NCBI GenBank assembly: GCA_022360175.1
Contig: JAKSDI010000289.1
Span: forward strand, 1-64,000
From: Chitinophagales bacterium
GTDB taxonomy: Bacteria > Bacteroidota > Bacteroidia > Chitinophagales > Saprospiraceae
Length of the DNA: 64,000 nt
Direction: 5' to 3'
A model generated the notes under the pieces. The model did no database searches and was not told the DNA's origin. It was given only the letters and a program-made list of their open reading frames with translations. Positions 30,815-40,424 of this stretch are shown here, in pieces; the stretch's first letter is position 1; each line of letters starts with the position of its first letter. The position numbers and the translations under genes are program-made.

Positions 30815-31531
30815 CTAAATAAGATACAAAAAGAGCATTCCTACACTCATTACTATCATCAGGCCATCTTCGATGATCGTAACAGTACTCATGGGCAAAT
30901 TAAAAACTGCACCAAGACAAGCACATTGAATTTTCTGTTTATTTAGTACCACTTGCAATACTCCTATAATGCTTACCGTCATTACCAGTACAGTGCTTAT
31001 ATTAGTAATTACAGGATTGAAATTTACCAGAAATGCTATGCCCAATGTCAATTCGATAAAAGCATAAACATAGGGCCAGACAGGCATTTTCCTGGCTATC
31101 ACATCATACATTACATAACTTTCAGCAAAAGCTTTCAGGTCGAGCATTTTAAAGAAAGAAAACACCAAAAAGAAGCCCGCCATGAAGTGCCTCATCCACT
31201 CCATAAAGTCAAAATGATGCTTGCTGAATTGAATAAGTAATGTTAAAGAAAGGATGTATGAAAAAATAAGTAAGATAGGCTTGTAGGTAGTAAACCAGGA
31301 TTTGGTTTGCTCTACTATTTCACTATGGTGAATTATGGAGATTTTATACTTATCATCTAAAGCCTTTTGTAATTCGGCTAATGGAACATGTTTATCCATT
31401 GTAATCGTTGCTGAGTGATCCGCTTTTGAAACCTCAACATTTATTATATCACCCAATGATAGTAGACTGGATTTTACTTTTGCTTCGCAACTTGTACAGG
31501 TCATTCCTGTTACCTGATATTTATGTACCAT
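30815..31531 (-). CDS. Heavy-metal-associated (HMA) domain fused to a MauE/DoxX-like polytopic membrane domain
   Basis: N-terminal GMTCTSCEAKV metal-binding motif followed by 4-5 TM helices. Confidence 0.7.
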   Translation of the reverse strand: MVHKYQVTGMTCTSCEAKVKSSLLSLGDIINVEVSKADHSATITMDKHVPLAELQKALDDKYKISIIHHSEIVEQTKSWFTTYKPILLIFSYILSLTLLIQFSKHHFDFMEWMRHFMAGFFLVFSFFKMLDLKAFAESYVMYDVIARKMPVWPYVYAFIELTLGIAFLVNFNPVITNISTVLVMTVSIIGVLQVVLNKQKIQCACLGAVFNLPMSTVTIIEDGLMIVMSVGMLFLYLI

Positions 31532-31712
31532 TTTAATGTAATTTGATGATACAAAGATCAGAGTAAGAGGATGTGTTATCGTTACACTATTTTGGGAAAA
31601 AGTTGTAAGATTTTAAGCTTCCATTTTTCATTACAATCCCTCCATTAATACAAAAGCGGAAAGCCTTCACTTTCCGCCTGTTGCCGTTATCTCAATTATA
31701 ACGCCTGCCAAA

Positions 31713-32636
31713 CTACTTGATAAATCTGTGGATTGCCTCATTGGCATTATCCTGAAATTGTTTATTTGTCAGGTCTTTAAAAATGGTACTTTGATCTATC
31801 AGTGCACCTGTCAATACTTTTTCTTTGCTGGCATAAAAACCACCACTCTGCAATGCTACATCACTAATACTATCTACAAATCGTTGTGCTCCTTTTTCCA
31901 GGCTATGAGACATTCCCAACAAAGGCATAACAATTGGCATTCCGATATATTTGAAAAATATTCGTTGCAGAAAAGGCATATCATTAAAGCCTTCTGTACC
32001 TCTTGTTCCCCCAGGGCTCACGCTTATGAATTTAATTTCAGGAGTTTTTCTCGCCATTGAAGCCATCCACATCGTTCCTCCATATTTAACAGCTCCATAA
32101 ACCTGCATAGGATCAAAATTGTCTCCATACGCAGTCCCGTCAAATACAGAAGCGAACTCATCAACAGATGAAGTTTTTAAATTGGGGCGCTTCATTCCCA
32201 TCTTATCTATGCCTCTTGCTGCTTCCGAACTGGCATATAAAGCAACCTTTTTCAACTTTCCTTCTTTTAATAACTCATCTAGCAGCACTACATGCCCCAA
32301 AAGATTGGTAGCAGTAATGGTTGTAACTCCATCTTCTGTTATCTCTTCAGGAGTTTTTCCACCCATGCCACCTGCATTCATAATTAAGGCGTCAATTGGT
32401 TCATTTAATTCTTTGACCGCATTTCTTACTGAATCCGGTTTTGAAACATCCATGATCAAAATTTCAAAAATGGACCTCCCTGATGCTTCCTCCAATTCCT
32501 TTTTTGCCGCTGCCGCTTTAGCTGGGTTTCGACAAGCCAGGTAAATTTTTTTCGTTTCTTTTTTCAACGCCAACTGCCTGGCCGTATCCTTACCAATACC
32601 CGCATTAGCTCCCGTTATCATTATTATCTGATTCAT
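31713..32636 (-). CDS. SDR-family oxidoreductase
   Basis: IMITGANAGIGKDTARQL (TGxxxGxG). Confidence 0.85.
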   Translation of the reverse strand: MNQIIMITGANAGIGKDTARQLALKKETKKIYLACRNPAKAAAAKKELEEASGRSIFEILIMDVSKPDSVRNAVKELNEPIDALIMNAGGMGGKTPEEITEDGVTTITATNLLGHVVLLDELLKEGKLKKVALYASSEAARGIDKMGMKRPNLKTSSVDEFASVFDGTAYGDNFDPMQVYGAVKYGGTMWMASMARKTPEIKFISVSPGGTRGTEGFNDMPFLQRIFFKYIGMPIVMPLLGMSHSLEKGAQRFVDSISDVALQSGGFYASKEKVLTGALIDQSTIFKDLTNKQFQDNANEAIHRFIK

Positions 32637-32672
32637 GGCTTAATTTTTTAATGGTGATTGTTAGAGTATCTC

Positions 32673-33071
32673 TTATCTGACTTTTTCGTGCTTAAGCGCA
32701 AATAAAATAGCTCCCACGATTCCAAGGATAAACTCCAGGCCCGTGGCTTTTACCATTCCATCAACAGGCATACCATCCAACAATATGCTAATAAGCCGGC
32801 CTGTTCCGAGTGAAAGGAATAATAGGAAGGAAACCAGAGAAGAGGTATAGCTTAGTTTTTTGACGAATGCGCCCAGTAGCACTAAAATGGCCATGCTTAA
32901 AATCAATGCAGCCGAAGCTCTGATATCGTTCAACACACTGATATTCCCTGCAACATCAACCCCTGAGGCAGCTTTAACATCTACCGGCATAAACAAGGTA
33001 GCACCTCCTATAAAAGTGAGTAGTAAACCTGAAATAATGAGAAATGCCTTTAATACTTTCGAGTTTTCCAT
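32673..33071 (-). CDS. Small 4-TM membrane protein (DUF4345-like)
   Basis: 132 aa with four hydrophobic helices. Confidence 0.45.
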   Translation of the reverse strand: MENSKVLKAFLIISGLLLTFIGGATLFMPVDVKAASGVDVAGNISVLNDIRASAALILSMAILVLLGAFVKKLSYTSSLVSFLLFLSLGTGRLISILLDGMPVDGMVKATGLEFILGIVGAILFALKHEKVR

Positions 33072-33156
33072 GATATTCTTTTATAAAATTGTTTAATGCA
33101 AATATCAGGGAAGAGAAGAGGCGAAACCTCTCACTTTAGCTCAAAGGCGACTCATT

Positions 33157-33993
33157 TTAGTTCAGGCGATAGGCAGAAGGGGATTTTTCATAAATATTGG
33201 TAAAATTCCTATTGAAAGTGGCCAGCGAATCAAAGCCAACATCATAGGCGATATCGGAAATACGCAGATCGCTTGTTTTTAATAAAGTAGCAGCTTTTTC
33301 TACTTTCTTTCTGACGATATACTTCTTAGGGCTTTCATTAAACACAGATTTAAACTTCCTCTTAAAAGAAGAAATACTGAGGTGGCATAGTGCCGCTAAT
33401 TCATCCAATGATAAGTTGGTATATAAATTATGCTGAATGGTTGACTTAAAAGCTACTTCGTTAGGTTTGAATAATGCGGCTAAAAAATCCAGTTGGGAAG
33501 GTGCTTCCTGCAGTTTGCTTATCAACAAAATAAATTCTTTCAATTTTGTTTTCACCATACTGTCATCAGCAAGGCCGGGATTGTCTAATAGGATGTTGAT
33601 GCTATCCCGATAATTTTCCAATAGGCGATTTACCTGTACTTCCTTCAGATTAAAATCAAGTGAATAATTGGAAGAAGCCAGATCAAATTCAAACAGTTCC
33701 TTTACAAGGGAGGGATAGATAAAAACTCCGACGGATTCTATGCCTTCATCGCATTTACTTTTGTCTTTGCCAGGCTCAAAAAAGTAGTTCAAACATTTAG
33801 CTAATAAAGCGGTACTCTTGTTCAAGCGGATATAATCTTCCTGTCCCCGCCCCATTACTTCTCCTTTATTGACAAACATAAAACAAGCCTCATCTTCAGC
33901 ATAGTGCTTCAGTGTCCTGTCAAAATAAGGCATCGTCAGTTTTATAAAAACGACCTGGTTCTTGTATTTTATGACTTGCTCTCGAAATTCCAT
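33157..33993 (-). CDS. AraC-family transcriptional regulator
   Basis: C-terminal AraC double-HTH (LAALCHLSISSFKRKFKSVFNESPKKY...). Confidence 0.85.
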   Translation of the reverse strand: MEFREQVIKYKNQVVFIKLTMPYFDRTLKHYAEDEACFMFVNKGEVMGRGQEDYIRLNKSTALLAKCLNYFFEPGKDKSKCDEGIESVGVFIYPSLVKELFEFDLASSNYSLDFNLKEVQVNRLLENYRDSINILLDNPGLADDSMVKTKLKEFILLISKLQEAPSQLDFLAALFKPNEVAFKSTIQHNLYTNLSLDELAALCHLSISSFKRKFKSVFNESPKKYIVRKKVEKAATLLKTSDLRISDIAYDVGFDSLATFNRNFTNIYEKSPSAYRLN

Positions 33994-34059
33994 TGCTTAA
34001 TTGTTGTCAACTCAACACACATAGTCGAAGTTAACTACTATAAATTTTTTCCATTCACT

Positions 34060-34539
34060 CTATGCCAATTTTTCTTTAAATCTTTCGATTTGTCTTCTAT
34101 GCCTTAAGATATGCACGATTGCATGTTCAAATAATTGTTCAACATCGTATTCTTGTCCCCAGCGAACTTTTACTTTTTTGTTCGAGTCATACTCACAAAG
34201 CACTAAATTGGGATAGTCCACAAATAAAACTTCATTAAACTTAAACATTTCCTTTAAGGCAGAAGTATAGGCTTCGATTTCCTTGAAAAAGACTTTCTCT
34301 TTGTATTGAACCTCCTCTCCTAGCCATTTTCTAATTTCCACAACATAGGTATAGCCGCTTTGAACTACATGGGTCAATATTGTTTGTATTGATTTGCAAT
34401 CTTCATCCTTCGTTTCGGGATCAACAATGGCTATGAGTTGATCTGGAGAGAGGTTATTGATCACATTTATAAGTTCATTTAATGATTTCTCGTATTCATC
34501 CAATAAAGCTCCAATGGCTCCATTATTTCGATATTTCAT
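34060..34539 (-). CDS. DinB/YfiT-like four-helix-bundle protein
   Basis: 159 aa with His-containing helices (HVVQSGY...HAIVHILRHR) typical of the DinB_2 metal-binding bundle. Confidence 0.55.
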   Translation of the reverse strand: MKYRNNGAIGALLDEYEKSLNELINVINNLSPDQLIAIVDPETKDEDCKSIQTILTHVVQSGYTYVVEIRKWLGEEVQYKEKVFFKEIEAYTSALKEMFKFNEVLFVDYPNLVLCEYDSNKKVKVRWGQEYDVEQLFEHAIVHILRHRRQIERFKEKLA

Positions 34540-34576
34540 TCTTTTTTCATTTTGTTATGCCTGAAATCAGTTTAAA

Positions 34577-34640
34577 CTTATAGAATATCCTCCTCAGCCC
34601 TGCGGTCAGCTCCCCCAGAGGGAGCACAGCACTTTAACAA
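34577..34640. repeat. Family A repeat, copy 4
   Basis: cttatagaatatcctcctcagccctgcggtcagctcccccagagggagcacagcactttaaca. Confidence 0.8.
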
Positions 34641-34700
34641 GAAAAACTCAAGCCTCTTCCTAATCTACAAATAACGTATTAAGCTATGATAATGTCTTTT

Positions 34701-35501
34701 TTATTCAATAATTTTCATTTGCTTCAAGATAGCTTTTGTAATTTTTTTTCGGCATTTACCAAAATCAGGTGTTGATATGCTCCTGTCCTTAATCAATCGG
34801 GTAGCAAAAAAATACAGACCCTCTTCTCGTTCGACATAACCTACCCACCATCCAGTATCTTTTCCGCCATCTCTTGTCCAGCCCGTTTTTGCCCTTATGG
34901 TATAGGTATCCGTTTGTTCTTCTATCATTATCGCTTTTAAAGTACTGAAATGCTCTTTGGAAAAAGGTAATGTCTCTTCATAAACACCTATCAATATTTC
35001 TATTTGATTGAGCGGTGAAATGGCAAAGTTTCCAAAGTTCCAGAAATCATCATCATCGATCGATAGGTCTACATTCCCGTAATTGCATTTGGTTAGAAAT
35101 TCTTTATAAGTATCCTTTCCTATTTTTTTGGCCAGCTCGATATAAGCCCATCCTGCTGAAAGTTCAAATGCTTCCTTCATACTCATGTCGCGATAAGTAT
35201 CAGGCCGATAACCATACTTAGTAGTATCAATGGAACCAGGCCATTTGATGATTTCATTCTCACTCGTGATAACTTCAGATTCAAGTGCTATTAGGGAATT
35301 AATAATTTTAAAGGTAGAAGCTGGTAATGTTGGATATTGGCTATCCCTCATGTCGCTTGATATCCATTGCCGGGTGGCGTAATCATAGATTGTAATGCTC
35401 CCTTCAATTCCACAATCCTTAAATGGCTGTGTAATATCTTGCTGGGCATCAACTTTAAAAAGAATAGGTATTGATAGCAGGACGAGTACTAGTTTTCTCA
35501 T
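34701..35501 (-). CDS. Class D (OXA-like) beta-lactamase
   Basis: Signal peptide. Four of the five class D signature boxes are present: PASTFKIINSLIALE (STFK), YGN, KTGW and WWVGYVE. The SxV box reads SAG. Confidence 0.8.
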   Translation of the reverse strand: MRKLVLVLLSIPILFKVDAQQDITQPFKDCGIEGSITIYDYATRQWISSDMRDSQYPTLPASTFKIINSLIALESEVITSENEIIKWPGSIDTTKYGYRPDTYRDMSMKEAFELSAGWAYIELAKKIGKDTYKEFLTKCNYGNVDLSIDDDDFWNFGNFAISPLNQIEILIGVYEETLPFSKEHFSTLKAIMIEEQTDTYTIRAKTGWTRDGGKDTGWWVGYVEREEGLYFFATRLIKDRSISTPDFGKCRKKITKAILKQMKIIE

Positions 35502-35575
35502 TTTGTTTTCCTTTCAAATAATGCACATTATACGTCCCATAGGGGAAGTATTAGAGCATATTTGGGATTTATTAT

Positions 35576-36217
35576 TTATTCTTTCCAAATCCAGAAAGGA
35601 TTAATCAGAATTATATTTTCACTTAATTTTCTTTCTATTAAACCCAGGATACCAAATGGATTGGCAGTACGATAGGAAGCAAACATTCCTAAATCAAAAT
35701 TTCCTTTATTTGCTATGGATATATAATTAGTCTTCCCTTTATTAAAGGAAAATATCGCAGTTGGAGTTTCCATTATCTCCTCCTGAATTTCTCTTTCTTG
35801 TTGGACTAAACTATTTTCATCTGGATTTAGTAAACCAAACTCACTATTCCAAATTGTAAAACACCCTTCGCCTTTATAGAGAAATAAGCCATTCTTATTT
35901 CCCTCATCATTATTCTGAACATCTTCCCTTGATACTTCCTCAATTATTTTTCCTTTATCCCGGTAATCAAGAACAATCTTTTCAGTTGAAGCTATTCCCT
36001 TTTCTGCTTTTATTGATATGACGTTAAAAATGCTTGCTCCTACTCCTCCGCCTTCATTTGTAGACAATGAAATTTCATTTGATTGTAAACCCAAATCCTT
36101 ATAATATTTATCAATTTTTTCGGCTGCTGAGTATAAATCAACCCGATGAATAACTTTTTTACTTAGGATTTCGATTATTTTATTTGATTCCATTGTTTCA
36201 TTTTTTCTCTTTAGCAT
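35576..36217 (-). CDS. Hypothetical protein
   Basis: 213-aa ORF with a 7-bp overlap with the upstream AlkD-like gene. No recognisable motifs. Confidence 0.4.
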   Translation of the reverse strand: MLKRKNETMESNKIIEILSKKVIHRVDLYSAAEKIDKYYKDLGLQSNEISLSTNEGGGVGASIFNVISIKAEKGIASTEKIVLDYRDKGKIIEEVSREDVQNNDEGNKNGLFLYKGEGCFTIWNSEFGLLNPDENSLVQQEREIQEEIMETPTAIFSFNKGKTNYISIANKGNFDLGMFASYRTANPFGILGLIERKLSENIILINPFWIWKE

Positions 36218-36918
36218 CTAGCCGTTTTTCTCTTCTTACCAAGCCTTTGCTTATCTATCACCTTTTGAATATAGTCTTTAGCAAAGGGAACTTTGCATGC
36301 AGTGCCATTCATATCCACTTCTACTACTCCTATTTTCTCGGCTGTTGCAGTTGCTTTTTTTGTTAAACCTTTGATGTAGGTTCCAATAGATATTACAAAG
36401 CCATTCATGGTGTATTTCACCCTGTTCTTTGCTGTATGTATTTCTTTTTCCACTCTGTCAAGTAGTTTTTCATACATTGCAATATCCAGCTGCTCATCCT
36501 GATTTACGGATGAATAATAGGCCAGTGTTGACCATCCAGCAGCAGCTATCCCCTCTTCTTCAGAATCGATCCAACTCAGGCCCAGCTCAAAGCCAAATGT
36601 CGTTTCAGCGGCTACCCAGGGTACGGCATATTCACTCAAATAAGACCAGTATGCTTTCTCTACCCAATCAATCAATTGTTCTTTTGAAATCTGTTTTTCA
36701 TCTGCCATCAATCCGGCTAAATACATGGCGTCTGAGTTTCCTGTATTGTACAACTCCAAAGACAGCTCATGATTCTTTTTAGTCTGCTTAAGTATCTTTT
36801 TAAGATCAGCTACTTTTACGCCAAAGAGGGGTTCTTTGGCGCCATGTTTCATCAAGGTATTTTTAGTCCTCTCATCTCCATACGCTTCTAACTGGCCAAG
36901 AATGTCATTAACTGTCAT
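36211..36918 (-). CDS. DNA alkylation repair protein (AlkC/AlkD-like HEAT-repeat glycosylase family)
   Basis: All-alpha HEAT-like repeats. Size and pattern (NTLMKHG..EPLFGVK..., YWSYLSEYAVPW) match the AlkD family. Confidence 0.7.
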   Translation of the reverse strand: MTVNDILGQLEAYGDERTKNTLMKHGAKEPLFGVKVADLKKILKQTKKNHELSLELYNTGNSDAMYLAGLMADEKQISKEQLIDWVEKAYWSYLSEYAVPWVAAETTFGFELGLSWIDSEEEGIAAAGWSTLAYYSSVNQDEQLDIAMYEKLLDRVEKEIHTAKNRVKYTMNGFVISIGTYIKGLTKKATATAEKIGVVEVDMNGTACKVPFAKDYIQKVIDKQRLGKKRKTARC

Positions 36919-37263
36919 AATGATGATTGTTTAGTAATAAGCAATTGTGAAGGAAACCGGCCTTTCAAATTACAAAAAATCTTGCTTATGCTGCTATTTA
37001 CGTGCTTTCACAAGCATATATCTCCAATTGCATAAATTTAGAAATTGCTCGGTCAAATCAGCAGGCATGCTTGTGAGAGAAGTTCGTGAAATTAGTGAAC
37101 CATACTCAATCCTTATGGGACTTAAAGGATTCGGTCCACGAATTACTCGAATTGCACTAATTAGGGTGATATATATAATGAGTCTATAGGCATTTGGGAT
37201 ACGCACCTTCTGCAAGGAAGAAGTTTCAAATCTGATAACGCAATAAAATAGCGCTTCTTTTTT

Positions 37264-37971
37264 CTATTCACCTGGAGGTTCATTAAAGTGATTCCCCTCA
37301 CCAAGCCATTCTCTATTTAGCCCTGTTCTTTTGTTAAATTCTATTTGTTCTTCTTCGGTCGCATAATCAATTACCCATTGCTGGCCACCATCGTCATAAT
37401 AGGTATACCTTCCTTTTATATTTAGTTCAGCGGGTATGTATGAAAACCTTTGAACAAAGTGATCTGCTATGTATCCTGCCTTTTCTAACTTCCATTTCTT
37501 CTGCACACCATTTACTTTAAAGTTTATCCATTCCCAATTGTCAGAATCTGTTTCAATGGAGATATCAGTGTATTCAATATCACCATTGGTTATAGCTCCC
37601 ATTCTTTCCATAAACCATTTGTATTGGCTAGTAGGGTCGAAAAACTCTAAATCAAACCATATACAATGATTGCTATAGTTGTAGTTTTTGATTGCAGGAT
37701 CTCTCCATCCATAAACATAATAGAGTATTGAATACGGATTTTGTTCGATGTATTCTTCAGACTCGAATTCTCCTCCAGTCATTTCATATACCTGCCTTAG
37801 TATCGTTTCCTTTGTCACTTCGGAATCGAACGCATAAGCAAGAGCTTGGAATGTCGCAATTTGTTCGTCATAACTAACGGGATTACTTTCTTGTTTGGCT
37901 TCTTCCATCTGCTGTTTGCCGAGTTCTTCGCCTGATCTTTTTTTCCTTGAAAAGAAGCTAAAAAGTTTCAT
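37264..37971 (-). CDS. Hypothetical protein
   Basis: 235 aa, acidic, Trp/Tyr-rich. No assignable family. Confidence 0.4.
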   Translation of the reverse strand: MKLFSFFSRKKRSGEELGKQQMEEAKQESNPVSYDEQIATFQALAYAFDSEVTKETILRQVYEMTGGEFESEEYIEQNPYSILYYVYGWRDPAIKNYNYSNHCIWFDLEFFDPTSQYKWFMERMGAITNGDIEYTDISIETDSDNWEWINFKVNGVQKKWKLEKAGYIADHFVQRFSYIPAELNIKGRYTYYDDGGQQWVIDYATEEEQIEFNKRTGLNREWLGEGNHFNEPPGE

Positions 37972-38389
37972 AGTAATTATTTATAACATATAAAATACCT
38001 TGTTCTACTTCGAATTCATATATGGACACATTCATTCTCCACCTCATTCAATAAATCGATCATAATCACTAATCTTTTTTCCCAATCGCTTTGCTAAATA
38101 TTTACATTTAATTGCCAAATCTGCATTCATTTCATTTTCTTCACTTACGGCTTTTAAGATTTCGAATGTAACAGTCCCTATATGATTCAGACATTCAATT
38201 TGCTCGCCTTCTTTTTGACCGCCATACTTTTGCCCATCATGTAATCTTGAGGCTAAATGCCATACTTTTTGTAAATCGTCTATTGATCACATTCCTATTT
38301 ACTTTTTTTAAATTTCTGGTGCTTTTTGTTTGTGAATTACAATGATTCCAATACAGAGATTATAAAGATCACCAGTACAAGACTCTATA

Positions 38390-39178
38390 CTACTGCCTTA
38401 ACATAAAAGCCTCCCACTCCCTCAATATTACGGCCTCTGTTGTGTTTAAATGATCGAGCAAGTCATCAATTGTGTTATATTTTAAAAGTGCCGTGAGTGC
38501 CTCTCTGCCATACTTTGCATCAAGATACATTACAAGCGTTCCAGAGAGCCCGTATTTTAACTTGCCAGACCAAAAATTGTCTAAGCCTTGCGGTATATTT
38601 TTCTCTAAAATGGCTTTTTTCACCGGGGCTATTCTCGCAGAGTCACATTGCCCGGATGCATGAACAGCCAGGCCTTCAACAAACCAGTCAACACCCTTCA
38701 CATCACTGAAATCAGGGCTTTTATTTTGTTGCCCATGATAAACATGAACCAATTCGTGTGTTATTAAGTGCTGTGTCTTGATGGAATCAGAATAAGCGTA
38801 TTCGCATGCGAGGTTATCCCACTTTTTAGGTGAGATAATATCCAGTTTATGAGCTACTCCACTTGCTACCATCCAACATTGAGATTTGAATTCAGGCATA
38901 TTCCAATCTTTCTGCCAGCTACTGTCTAATGATGAGCGAGATGGATGTATAAGTATGCTAAATCTATTTTTGAATGAATCCTGGAAAAAATCCTCAACAG
39001 CCGTTTTCCCATTTTCGAAATATACATTGTATTCATCAACATCGTCCCTGTCTGAAATGGTATAAAACAAGGAATAGGCTTTTTCTTCCTGGATGCTCCA
39101 CTGTCCTTTTAAATCAGAGCAGTGAAATATATTCAATACAAAAAGGGCCGCAAATAAGGCTTTGATATTTGTTTTCAT
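38390..39178 (-). CDS. Exported putative zinc metallopeptidase (HExxH)
   Basis: Signal peptide. A HELVHVYH motif with a downstream Glu. Confidence 0.5.
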   Translation of the reverse strand: MKTNIKALFAALFVLNIFHCSDLKGQWSIQEEKAYSLFYTISDRDDVDEYNVYFENGKTAVEDFFQDSFKNRFSILIHPSRSSLDSSWQKDWNMPEFKSQCWMVASGVAHKLDIISPKKWDNLACEYAYSDSIKTQHLITHELVHVYHGQQNKSPDFSDVKGVDWFVEGLAVHASGQCDSARIAPVKKAILEKNIPQGLDNFWSGKLKYGLSGTLVMYLDAKYGREALTALLKYNTIDDLLDHLNTTEAVILREWEAFMLRQ

Positions 39179-39207
39179 CCCCTATTATACTGCACTCTAG
39201 TCAGGGG

Positions 39208-39804
39208 TTATTTTTTTTTAGACCAAAAGAGTAATGGTTTAGATGACTCTGTTTCTTCTCCCACTTCTTTCCAGGAAATGGTGCAAATGATATCATCTGT
39301 TTTTTTGTAATCCAGCTTCAGCCAAAAAGCATCTGATGAGGTGTAACCCTGGGGTCTTTTTGGGTGATTGTTTGCTCTAATAACGGTTGCTAATGTATAG
39401 GTTTCAAATTGATTGGTACTACTCACCCAACTTTCGGCTATTGTAAATAGTGCCTTCCCTATTCCCTGTCGCCTATAGGCTTTAAAGATCAATGCTTCAC
39501 TGAAATAATAGACCTTATCAATTGAATCCCCCTTTTGAATCCAGGCTTGGTAAATAGTTTGCTCCTCTAGTTTCAATGGCAGGCCTGTTAATGCTCCAAT
39601 CACACTGTTTTCATCAAAGGCGATTGCGATTAAACTATCTTCTGTACCAATAAATTTCTTTAGGTAGTGCTTTTCATAATCTTTATCACCATCATATAAA
39701 TAAGGAAACTCCCTAAAGATTTTTATCCGGAGGTTGGCTACTTCATCAATGTATTGCTCGGCTTTTTTTCCCAGGAATAATTTAATGCTTATTTTTTGCT
39801 GCAT
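39208..39804 (-). CDS. GNAT N-acetyltransferase
   Basis: Motif A AYRRQGIGKALF. Confidence 0.75.
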   Translation of the reverse strand: MQQKISIKLFLGKKAEQYIDEVANLRIKIFREFPYLYDGDKDYEKHYLKKFIGTEDSLIAIAFDENSVIGALTGLPLKLEEQTIYQAWIQKGDSIDKVYYFSEALIFKAYRRQGIGKALFTIAESWVSSTNQFETYTLATVIRANNHPKRPQGYTSSDAFWLKLDYKKTDDIICTISWKEVGEETESSKPLLFWSKKK

Positions 39805-39927
39805 GTCAATTGTATCTTTTTCTAAAGGACGCTTATAGCAGACAGCGTGGAAGTAGGAAAGTATCGTATTTGGGTCAAATCATAGTGGAATCCGGTAAAT
39901 CCGAACAGGTGGCTTCATTATTCCATT

Positions 39928-40407
39928 TTACAATGCCTTGTACATAATATAGCTATCTACAAATCCTAATTGGCCATGCCGAAAACCATTGGGGGTTGTC
40001 CCTATTATTTCAAAACCAAATTTTTCCCAAAGGGATACAGCAGCTTTATTCGTACTTATCACAATATTGAATTGTATCCCGATAAAGCCTAGTTCTTTTG
40101 CCAATTGCAAAGAATGCTCACAGAGGCGCCGACCATATCCCCTACCCTGTGCTTTTGGGTGCACCATATAACTGGCGTTAGCAATATGACTTCCTAAACC
40201 TAACTGATTAGGTTTTAGGATATAAGTAGCTAGTATCTCTCCATCTTGTTCCAATACAAGGGTATGCATATAGGGTGCAAACCAATGTTTTTCTAAATCT
40301 TTTTTGGGCGTATCGGGAAGGAACACATAAGTATCTTCCGTTTGGATGACAGCATGAAAAATTTCCCATACACCATCATAATCTTCTTTAGTTGCTCTAC
40401 GTATCAT
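39928..40407 (-). CDS. GNAT N-acetyltransferase
   Basis: Motif A AQGRGYGRRLCEHSLQLA. Confidence 0.85.
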   Translation of the reverse strand: MIRRATKEDYDGVWEIFHAVIQTEDTYVFLPDTPKKDLEKHWFAPYMHTLVLEQDGEILATYILKPNQLGLGSHIANASYMVHPKAQGRGYGRRLCEHSLQLAKELGFIGIQFNIVISTNKAAVSLWEKFGFEIIGTTPNGFRHGQLGFVDSYIMYKAL

Positions 40408-40424
40408 CTATCTTTCCTTTTCAA

